Assembly: GCA_016618085.1 (NCBI GenBank)
Contig: JABLTG010000154.1
Span: forward strand, 1 to 45,446
From: Neovahlkampfia damariscottae
Taxonomy: Eukaryota
Length of the DNA stretch: 45,446 bases
Reading direction: 5' to 3'
Under the pieces are notes generated by a model. The model saw nothing but the letters and a program-made list of their open reading frames with translations, was not told where the DNA came from and did not search any database. This document shows positions 1-10,251 of the stretch, piece by piece. A program made the translations under genes and the position numbers. Every line of letters starts with the position of its first letter. Positions within the stretch are counted from its first letter, which is position 1.

Positions 1-194
1 AAACCCAAACCCAAACCCAAACCCAAACCCAAACCCAAACCCAAACCCAAACCCCAAACCCAAAACCCAAAACCCAAAACCCAAAACCCAAAACCCAAAA
101 CCCAAAATCCAAAACCCAAAATCCAAAACCCAAACTCCAAACCACTCTTAAACCCAAACTCAAATCTCTAAAACCCTAAAAACCCTAAAACCTT
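1..194 (-). repeat. Telomere (C-rich strand shown; G-strand TTTGGG repeats grading into TTTTGGG and degenerate TTTAGGG-like units)
   Basis: 1-48 is (AAACCC)x8. 62-103 is (AAAACCC)x6. Variants AAAATCC and AAACTCC follow, then AAACCCTAAA AACCCTAAAA at 171-190. The array sits at the contig start. Confidence 0.95.
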
Positions 195-1420
195 AAGTGT
201 TATGTTTCGAATAAGAACGTCTATTTTGAAGCTGGTTATTAATTTCCTGATTTGGAGAAATCATTTTCCTAAAATTACTTATTGTTGGTTTGTGTACGAA
301 ATTGTGGTTAGAATTATTTTTTTGCAGTTTATATTTTCTGATCGGTACCTTGGTCACTTGTGACGTACTACAAGTATGGGTGTGCAAAATTTTCTTTGGC
401 TGGGTGTTGACCAATTGGGTTCATATGAACAAATTAATTTGTTTTATTTTGTTGAAATTCAATTTGCTTTAAAGCTTTCCTACTTTTTAGAAGAATATTG
501 AAAATTTGTTGTAGAATTACGACATTGTCGAAAGGAAGAACAAGAAAATAATGATGGAGCGAAAAGAATCCAAAAATATATACGGTTTACAATCTGTTTG
601 GAATTTTAGGGTTTCAGAAAAGTTTGATCGTTGGATTCAATTCAGCTGGATCTACTTCAGCTTGAAGTGCCTGTAGATCTGAGAATGATCATCGATTGAT
701 TGATATTTTTACTTTAAGTAAAGCACTAACTTTAAAATTAGCATTGGAATCTTCAGCCACACCATATAGTATAGAGGTAGATCTTTCAGTTGTTAAAAAA
801 TTGTCGGACTTCAGTTGAAATACCTTGCCCGTTTAACTCTTGCAATTTTTGAACCATAATACAGAAAAAATGAAAAACTTGCAAGACACACTTTAACTCT
901 TGCAAGTTTTTGTTCTCTTAAAGTAAATCTTCCCAACAATTTTCGCTATAACATACATTTTATTCGAATATTCTTCCACTCTAACTCTGTAAAGCATTCT
1001 GGTCCAATGGGCTTTTGGGTTTCTATTTTTCTTTCTGGACATACACACTTTTCACTTGACAGATGTTTCAGCTGGATAAATTCAGTTTTCAAAAATAAAG
1101 ACATGTTTACAGTTGAAGATGTAGCTGAAGCAATCCAAAGTTAATAAACTTTGATGAATTTTTTTGGTATTTCAACATTTTAACGTGCAAAATGAATTGA
1201 TTCACATTTCCAAACAAAGAACAAATTGTTTGCAAAAAAGTGAAAAATAAATTAAAATGTTCAGACAACTTGAATGAATTGCATATTCACACTGACTAAA
1301 TCACTCTTTCTGCATGTATTTTTTTATCATCAAACTTTATCGAAAACATGTCTTGTACATACTAAACTGAACAAATACGTTTCATGAAGACTTCAAAAAA
1401 AAAAGTTCAAGTGGAGAAAT
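195..1420. other. Subtelomeric non-genic or degenerate DNA
   Basis: No convincing intact gene. It is far longer than any intergenic gap in the gene array. It contains short direct and inverted repeats (832-911) and an inverted TTTTAGGGTTT unit near 604-614. Confidence 0.55.
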
Positions 1421-1466
1421 ATTTTAGACCAATCAAATCATCAATTCAAGTCCAACGATAAAATAA

Positions 1467-2890
1467 ATGTCTTACGTTGATTTTGTATCACCTGCGATTC
1501 AAATTGCGAAAGACGCTGCGACTGCTGATGAAAAAAAAGAATATAAAGAAGCATATGGACTATATTTAAAAGCTATTGACCATTTCATGATGGCAATAAA
1601 ACGTAAAAATAAAAATAAAAAATAAAAAATAAAAAAGACGAAAAGAATAATCCAAAAAGAAAAGAATTATTAAAACAAAAAGCAACAGAAATTGTTGAAA
1701 GAGCAGAACAAATAAAAGAATATTTAAAAACTCACGACGAAGAAAATGGTGGTTCTGGTAATCCAAATGGAGCAACAAAACAAAAGTAATATTTATATTC
1801 TCTTTTTAAAATTAAGAACTGATGATAAAGAAAATGAAAAAGATAAAGAAAAAAAAGAGTTTGAAACTGCACTTTCTTCTGCTATTGTAAAAGAAAAACC
1901 AAATATAAAATGGAATGATGTAGCTGGTTTAGAACAAGCAAAAGAAGCATTAAAAGAAGCAGTAGTATTACCTTTAAAATTTCCACAATTATTTGTTGGT
2001 AAAAGAACACCTTGGAGGTAAGTTATAAATATTCTCCTCCTTATATATTTAAAAGAGGTATTTTATTATATGGACCACCTGGTACAGGGAAATCATATTT
2101 AGCTAAAGCAGTTGCAACTGAAGCAGAATCAACATTTTATTCAGTTTCTTCTGCAGATTTAGTTTCTAAATGGCAAGGAGAATCTGAAAAATTAATTAGA
2201 ACATTATTTGAAATGGCAAGAGCAAATAAACCATCAATTATATTTATTGATGAAATTGATTCATTATGTAGTTCAAGAACAGAAGGTGAAGATAATTCAA
2301 CAAGAAGAATAAAAACTGAATTCTTAGTTCAAATGCAAGGTGTAGGTACAGATTCAACTGGTGTTTTATTATTAGGTGCAACTAATTTACCATGGGATTT
2401 AGATCCAGCTGTTAGACGTCGTTTTGAAAGAAGAGTTTATATTGCTTTACCAGATGAATCTGCACGTTCAACCATGTTTAAAATTCATATTGGAAATACA
2501 CCAAATTCTTTAAAAAAACAAGACTTTCTAGAATTAGCAAAATTAACAGATGGTTATTCAGGTTCAGATATTTCTATTGTTGTTAGAAATGCTTTAATGG
2601 AACCTGTTAGAACCTGTCAAGTTGCAACTCATTTTAAAAAAGTATCAGGTCCAGATCATAAGAATCCAGATATTATTGTTCATGATTTATTAACACCATG
2701 TAGTCCAGGTGATAAAGATGCAATTGAAATGACTTTAGATGAAGTTGATGGTTCAAAATTAGAACCTCCTGTTCTTTCAAAAAAAGATTTTATTAAATCA
2801 TTACAAACTACTAAACCATCAGTTGGAAAAGATGATTTATTAGATTTTGAAAAATTTACAAAAGAATTTGGACAAGATGGTTCAGTTTAA
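1467..2890 (+). CDS. VPS4: AAA ATPase Vps4 (MIT + AAA + Vps4_C), 3 introns (1603-1637, 1786-1816, 2018-2055)
   Basis: Spliced protein starts [30 protein letters not shown] (MIT helix). It contains [37 protein letters not shown] (Walker A), IIFIDEID (Walker B) and ends FTKEFGQDG. Confidence 0.97.
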
Positions 2891-2955
2891 ATAAAATATA
2901 ATTTTTATTGTTTCTTGATTGGTTAAAAAAAAATTAAAAAGAAACTTTAGTTTAG

Positions 2956-4187
2956 ATGGATAAAGTTATTGAAAAATTATCTTCATGTTTTCAAAATCAA
3001 CAAGGTGAATTAATTTCTAATTTTTTAGAAAAAGAAATACAAAAAGAAAATATAAAAAATAAAACAACTGTATTAATAAAATAATATTAAATTATTATAA
3101 TAGATTTATACATTAGAATCAATTATAAGAAGAGAAATACCTGAACCTTTTGATGAAATGATGACATTATTTTTTCAAGGAGTATTTTCAACTTCAGGAA
3201 AAGAGAAATATGAAAAATTTGAAAATTGTTTAAAGTAACTATATAATCATATTAAAAACTAATATTAATAGTTTAATTCATTCAATTATTCAAAATTCAG
3301 AAATGTATTGGTGTACACCAATATTTAAATTTTTTATTCATTATTGTCGTATTTATTCAGAGAGAGTTGGAAATATTGAATTAGAATCATGTGCAAGATT
3401 ATTAATGACATCATTTAAATATTCATTAAGTGATAGAAATACATTTCCAAAAACTAAAAAGATATTAGTATTATATATCATTAATGAATTATTTAGAATT
3501 TATTTTAAATTAAATAAATTAAGATTATGTACTAATTTAATTAAATCAATTGAATCTATTGATTATTTTAATAAATTTAATAAATCTGAAAAAGTAACAT
3601 ATTCATACTTTGCTGGTAGAATTGCAATGTTTGATTCCAATTTTAAAGAAGCTCAAAAACATTTAGAATATTCATTTAAACATTGTTTAAATAAATCAAA
3701 AAAGAATAAGAAATTAATATTACAATATTTAATTTGTGTTAAATTAATTTTAGGAAAATATCCAACATTAAATTTATTAAAGAAATATGAAATGAATAAT
3801 TATATTAATTTAATTAAATCTTTTAAATCAGGTGATTTAAATCAATTCTCATTAGAAATGATAAAATATCAAAATTTATTTCTTAAACAAGGTACTTATT
3901 TAATTTTAGAAAAATCAAGAATTATGGTATTTAGAAATTATTTTAAAAAAGTGTAAGTTTAAATAAGTTTTAATTCTTCTTTAAGATATTTTATTTTAAA
4001 TTCAAATTCAAGAATTCAAATTGAATCATTTCAAATTGGTTTAAAATTATTAAATATTGAAATGGAATTAGATGAAATTGAATGTATTTTAGCATCTTTA
4101 ATTCATCAACAATATATTCAAGGTTATATTTCTCATCAAAAAAGAACATTAGTTTTGAGTAAAGATAATCCATTTCCATTAAAATAA
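2956..4187 (+). CDS. PCID2: PCI domain-containing protein 2 (PCID2/Thp1/CSN12-like), 3 introns
   Basis: LFRIYFKLNKLRLC, VTYSYFAGRIAMF and spliced C-terminus DEIECILASLIHQQYIQGYISHQKRTLVLSKDNPFP are typical of PCID2. Confidence 0.9.
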
Positions 4188-4217
4188 AAATGATGTTTAA
4201 ATATATTTTTAAAGATT

Positions 4218-6088
4218 TTATTTTAATTGTATATAATTTGAAGGTACCCATCCACTATTATTATTTGCTAAATTAATTGCACTACTCCATCCATCTATTT
4301 CTTCTGAAATTAAGAATTCTTCACCAACTCTAATGGTTAATTCATGTTCAGTTGAAGCATCATAATCATATAATGATACATATATTTGACTTTCATCATA
4401 ATATTCTTCTCCGTTTTCTTCTTCTTTTATTTCCTTCATCTCATTATTTGTTTCGTCTGGATTATTGTTGTTTGTTAATTCAATATTTTTTGATTTATTT
4501 TCAACTTTTTCTTCAATTTGAATGGATTCATTGTTTATTTCTTCTTCATGAATAGGTTGATCAACTTGGAGTTTTGGTTCAATTGTCAATTCTTCAAGTG
4601 TTGGTTGAATTATATTCACTTCTTTTTCTTCAACCTTTTCTTCTTCTTCTTCTTCTTCTTCTTCTTCAACCTTTTGGGTTTTTGGGATTGGTTCAACTAA
4701 TTTTTGTTCAATTGTAGGTTCGTTATTCACTTCCATTTCTTCACTAGGTGTTTTTTCAATGGATTTAAATTCATCTTGTTTTTCTTTAATTGTAGTTTGA
4801 TTTTCTTGTTTCACTTCTTTTCTAATTTTCTCTTCATTATTTTCTTCAACTTTTGGTTCAATGACTACCTCTTTTAAAGTATTTATTGGAACAGGTTCAT
4901 TAAGAACTGCAGGTTTTCTTGTTCTAATACTTGGTACTTTTGGTAATTCTTTTGGATTTGATCTTTTAAGAATAGATGCTTTTTTGACTGGAGCCTTTGA
5001 ACCTGGTTTTTTTGTAATATGACGTGGAGAAATAATTTTATCTTCTTCAGATATTTTTGGTGATACTGGTGTATCTAATGAAGGTACATCTTCATATTCT
5101 TCATATTCTTCACCTTCTTCATTTTCTTGACCTGGTATTTGTGGTAATTTTCTCCTTCTTGTTTTATTAACATATTGAGATCTATGAATCATTGAATTTA
5201 CTCTTTTCTTTTCTTCATCATCTGAAATGTTTAAATTTTGTTCTTTTTTTTGTGGAGGTAAAGGTAATTGTTTTGGTTGTTGAGTTTGAACAATAGGTTG
5301 TGATGAATTTCTTTGTGTTGAATGTATTTGATTATTTGATTGATTATTTAATGGTGTTGATGTATTATTTGTATTTGTATTTTTATTTGTATTTGTATTA
5401 TTATTAGTCATCATACTTTTTTCTTCATCTTGTTCAAATATTTCATAATAATTTTCAATAAAACTTGTCATTAATTGAGTTGATTGTTGTTGTTGAAACA
5501 TAATTGCATTCATATCATTCTTTTTAATATCACTCATTTTTAAAGCTAATAAATTTGGTGCAAAACAAATAGCTAAATTATTTGAAGACATTTTGTTATT
5601 ATCTCTATTTAAACAAACACCATGTAGAAATTTACATAAAGTTCTTAATAATTTAAAATTTGTCGGTGGTAAAAAACTTAACACTTTTTTGATCATAATC
5701 ATTCTAGCTTCATCATCTGGTACACCATTCGCAGCAATAAACATATCATAAGATTCATAAGTACAAAGTGGTTCTGGTAATTCTCTAAAATATAATTTTA
5801 ATAATCCAGTAACTATTATTGTACTTTAAAAAATATATATATTTTATTACCAACGTTAATATCTTGAATATCATTTAAATTATATTTTTTCCCTGAATCA
5901 ATTTTATCTTTATATGACATAATTGTATTATTATCACCTGATAAACGAAATATACCCACTACGTTTTTAGCTTCTTTTTCTTCTAAGTGTTTTATTAATT
6001 CTAAAGAAATAGAAGGGAGTTCACTTGTATCATATTGTATAGATACACCAAATACCTTATTCTTTTTTGTTTTATCTTTCTTTTTCAT
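4218..6088 (-). CDS. RhoGAP protein with low-complexity linker and C-terminal SH3 domain, 1 intron near 5813-5850
   Basis: KVFGVSI...GIFRLSG (Arg finger); spliced LLKLYFRELPEPLCT; NKMSSNNLAICFAPNL; C-terminal SLYDYDASTEHELTIRVGE...GWVPSNYI (SH3). Confidence 0.9.
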
Positions 6089-6157
6089 TCTTTGATGTAT
6101 GTTGTTGTTGTTTGGTTATAAAAAGAATCTGTTGGTTGATAAATAGACCAATTAAAA

Positions 6158-7298
6158 TCATTTTTTATTTTTTTTAAATTTTTCATCTTGTTCTCTTTTT
6201 CTTTTTTTTTCTTTTTTTTCTTTTTCTTCATTTTTTAATTCTTTTAATGATTTTTTACCACCTTTTTCATTTTCTTTTGGAGCAATAAAGATTTCATCTC
6301 TTAACTTTAAATTTTCATTAACTTTTTCAGTTTGTTTCTTTTTTATTTCTTTATTTTTTATAATTTGTTTTTGTTCTTTATTTAAAAAATAAACACCAGA
6401 TTCAATTTCTAAATCAATTTTTGATTTTTCTGCATCAGGTGGAAATGGAGTATATTGTTTTTTTCCTTTTTCTTTCATTTTTTTTTTTATCTTTTTTTTT
6501 AAATCATTTGCTTTACTTGTATTTGTATTCTTTTTAAATTTAGGTAAATATTTTGACCAATTTTCATTTTTTAATTTTGGATTCTTTTCTAATTCTCTTT
6601 TAATCATTAATTCTTTTATATTATAAATTGGATGTATATTTTTCATACAATCAATAATAATCTTTCTTGTTATTTTAATACCTGAGAAATTACCAATAAC
6701 TGAAACTGTTTTTCCTTGAATTAAAACATAACATTCAGTTAATAATTCAATAGCTCTATTTTTTTTTTTAGTTATCAATTTGTTTATATTACTTTAAAGT
6801 TGATCCATCAGGTCCAATTAATCTTTGTCTTCTTTTTATAAATGTTTCTTTATTTCTAACAAAAGATGATATTTTTACAACTTCACAAAATATATGATCT
6901 TCAAATACTCTTTTTGATTGTTCAATAGAAACACCACGTGATAATAATTGTATAATATCTCTACCTTTTATAATTACATATGGATCATATGTTTCTCTGG
7001 TAGTTGTAACTGATATATTTCCCTTAACAAAATCAATATCAACTTTAAGTGTATGGTCTTTAAAAGTTTGATCAATTAATTTAAAGTTTTCTTTTAAATA
7101 TGGTTCTCTATATTGTGGAAATAATACTGTAAAACTTGATTCTTCTAAAAGTCCATTTGGATTATCGTCTTTAGTAAAACTACCACCATCTGCCCATTCT
7201 TTTTTTAAACTTTCTTTTTTTCTTTTTTCATCATCTTTTTCAAATTTTTCAACTAAGTTTGGTTTTTTTAACGGTTCAGAATATCTTCCACTTTTCAT
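6158..7298 (-). CDS. KRR1: KRR1 small subunit processome component, 1 intron
   Basis: [74 protein letters not shown]. First ATG is at 7298; the ORF-track start at 7340 is TTG. Confidence 0.96.
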
Positions 7299-7392
7299 TT
7301 TTTCTTTGGATTCAAAATTTGTTTGTACACTTTTAACCAATCAAATCACTTTTAAATTTCCTCCTTTTTTTAAAACAAAAAAAATTAAAATT

Positions 7393-8157
7393 TTATTTAT
7401 AAATTAAAATATCATCTTTTTTACAATAACTTTGAGCAAATAGTTTACCATCATTTGTTGTTTGTGAAAATGCTATTTCATTTTTGGAAATTGGATAACC
7501 ATCAATAAAATGATAGGATGCAACATCCAATAATTCTTTAGCTATTCCTTTTCTTCTTTGACTTGTATGAACCCAAATTCTAGAAACACCTAACAAAATA
7601 TTGTTCACTTTGTCTTCGATTGATATTTCATTCTCTTTCAATTTAAACGCAAATTCAATTCTTTTACAAAATATAACACCTACAATCTTTTTAATTTTTG
7701 AATTTACATAAATAAAAATTTTGTCATATGATAAATCTTTTTCAGATTGCTCTCCAAATTGATCAATCAATATCTTTTTTACATCTTCCATCTTTTTTAA
7801 ATGAATTTTAGAATCATTTGTTCGAATTTCAATGATTTTGTCTTCATTCAATAATTTTTTGACACATCTTTCATTTTTCCATCCAGTGAAAGATATTAAA
7901 TCTTTTTGCTTTTTACAATACTTTTCATGAACTTCAACATCTTCTTTTAATTTATTCATATAAATCATTCCACAATTGGAACAAAATACTGTTTTTAAAT
8001 CTTTTTGTCCAAAATCTAAATACAATTGTTTTTTTTCTTTTTTTTTGTTCTTTTGTTTTACAACACCAACAACTTTTTTACCACTGAAAAACTCTTTTGA
8101 ATTTTCATAACTTGGTTTTTCTCTTCTTGTGAAGACTAAAGTTGTTTGTTTCGTCAT
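7393..8157 (-). CDS. ECO1: Cohesin acetyltransferase Eco1/ESCO
   Basis: QLYLDFGQ (PIP-like), CSNCGMIY...HEKYC zinc finger, GVSRIWVHTSQRRKGIAKELLD and IAFSQTTNDGKLFA. Confidence 0.93.
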   Translation of the reverse strand: MTKQTTLVFTRREKPSYENSKEFFSGKKVVGVVKQKNKKKEKKQLYLDFGQKDLKTVFCSNCGMIYMNKLKEDVEVHEKYCKKQKDLISFTGWKNERCVKKLLNEDKIIEIRTNDSKIHLKKMEDVKKILIDQFGEQSEKDLSYDKIFIYVNSKIKKIVGVIFCKRIEFAFKLKENEISIEDKVNNILLGVSRIWVHTSQRRKGIAKELLDVASYHFIDGYPISKNEIAFSQTTNDGKLFAQSYCKKDDILIYK

Positions 8158-8320
8158 AACGGTTTTTCTTCATCTTCATCCAATCAACCACATTATTAAA
8201 TGATTGGACTAAAAATTCGAACAGTTATTGGATGAAAAACCGTCCAATGGTTGATGATTATTTTTTGCGCCAATAATATAAGAACCGTTAATTTTTTTTG
8301 TTCTCTTACACAAACCACCA
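8158..8320. promoter_or_regulatory. Bidirectional ESCO/PLK1 promoter with clustered CCAAT, MYB-like and E2F-like sites
   Basis: CCAAT/ATTGG at 8180, 8203, 8227, 8244, 8270, 8318. TAACGG at 8157, CAGTTA at 8222, CCGTTA at 8285. GCGCCAAT at 8267-8274. Confidence 0.55.
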
Positions 8321-10236
8321 ATGAGTATGCTCGACATAGTAGAAGAAAAAGTACAAAGAAGAAATTTGAAAACAGGTTTGAGAGAGAACGTCACTGTACA
8401 GTATAAGAAAGGAAAACTACTTGGAAAGGTAAGACTTCCATCCTTTTATTAAAAAATAAGGGTGGCTTTGCAAAGTGTTTTGAATTTTTGAACTTGAAAT
8501 CTAGAGAGACTGTTGCCATAAAAGTTGTTGACAAGACAAATTTGAAACCAAAAACAAAACAAAAATTGACTTCAGAAATTAAAATTCATAAGTCGTTAAA
8601 ACACAAGAATATTGTAGAGTTCAAATCATTCTTTGAAGATTCTCATTTTGTTTATATTACACTTGAAATATGTCATTGCAACGTAAAAAAAAAAAAAAAA
8701 AAATTAAATTTTTTTTAAAAGTCAATGATGGAATTAATGAAGAATAAAAGAAGACTTTCAAATGATGAATCTAAATTCTTTATATTACAGTTATTAGAAG
8801 GTGTTGATTTTATGCATAAACAAAACGTTATTCACAGAGATTTAAAATTAGGAAATATATTTCTCACAAGTATATCATTTGTAAATTGAATTAAAAATAT
8901 TTAAATAGATCAAATGGAAATTAAAATTGGTGATTTTGGATTAGCTTCAAAATTAGATTTTACAGGTCAAAGAAAAAAAACATTATGTGGCACACCAAAT
9001 TACATTGCACCTGAAATTTTGAAAAATGAAGGACATGGTACAGAAGTTGATGTTTGGTCAATTGGAGTTATTATTTATACATTATTAGTTGGTACACCAC
9101 CATTTGAAACTCAAAATGTCAAAACTACCTATCAAAAAATCAAAGATTTAGATTTTGAATTTCCACCAAATATTTCAATTTCAGAAAGTGCTAAAGATTT
9201 AGTGAAAAGAATTTTAACATTAGATCCTTCAAAAAGACCTAGCATTGATGAAATTAAACAACACTCTTGGTTAAGAGATACAGTACTTAATTGTCCTGAA
9301 TCTTTATATAAATATGCAGAGAAATATGGAAATGCAATGAGACCACCACTAGCACCTGTTCAAAATAGAAGAAGAGAACAAATTGATCAAGATGCTTTGT
9401 TGAAAAAAAGAAAGATTTTAACACCAATGCAAATTTCACCTGATAATAAAAAGAGAAAAACTGAAGATTATGATGCCCCTTCATGTACAATTCCATCACC
9501 TAAAAAGAAAATAATCAAAGATGATAATGATCAAGAAAATTTGATAAAAAATGAAAGTACGAATTTCAAACCATTTCCAATTAAATTAGATCATGATATT
9601 GTTGTTGATCCTTTAAGAGAAATAGAGACTTTAAAAGAATCAAAAGAAACTATATTTATATCTAAATGGTATGACTTTTCAAATAAATATGGATTTGCAT
9701 ATCAATTCAATAATGGTATTACAGGTGCTCATTTCAATGATTGTTCAAAAATTATTTGGGATAAAAAATATGATAATGTTGAATATATTGAAAAAGAAAT
9801 TATTGAAAAATTTAAAATGTCAGAAAATCCAATTCATTTAAAAAAGAAAATATCTTTAATCAAATATTTTGAACAATTTTTAAATTCACATGAAAATACA
9901 AAATTATCACCACTTTTAAAAATGAATGAAATTGATGGAATTAAATTGAATAATGAATATCATCATCATTCATTAGATTCAATTTATGTAAAGAGATGGA
10001 TTTCAACAAAGCATGCAATTATCATGAGATTTAATGATAGAAGTGTTCAATCATGTTTTAATGATAATACACAATTGATTCTTTCAAATGATATGAAAAA
10101 TGTAATTTATACAAAATCTGATGGACAATCTAATAATTTTCCAATTTCAGAAATGCAAAATCATCCAGATATTTCAAAAAGATTGAAATACATAAAAGAT
10201 ATTTTGAGTAAAATTAATTCAACATCGAATAAATAA
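8321..10236 (+). CDS. PLK1: Polo-like kinase, 3 introns
   Basis: Spliced LGK|GGFAKCF, HRDLKLGNIFL, IKIGDFGLA, KKTLCGTPNYIAPE; polo boxes ISKWYDFSNKYGFAYQ and YVKRWISTKHAIIMRF. Confidence 0.96.
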
Positions 10237-10251
10237 AAATTTAGTAATAAT

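Noticed and set aside
1..131. Regular repeats as a CRISPR array
   Set aside because: There are no spacers; this is a simple telomeric repeat in a eukaryotic context.
193..472. ORFs 193-414 (-) and 290-472 (+)
   Set aside because: Non-ATG starts, no recognisable motifs, and one runs into the telomere.
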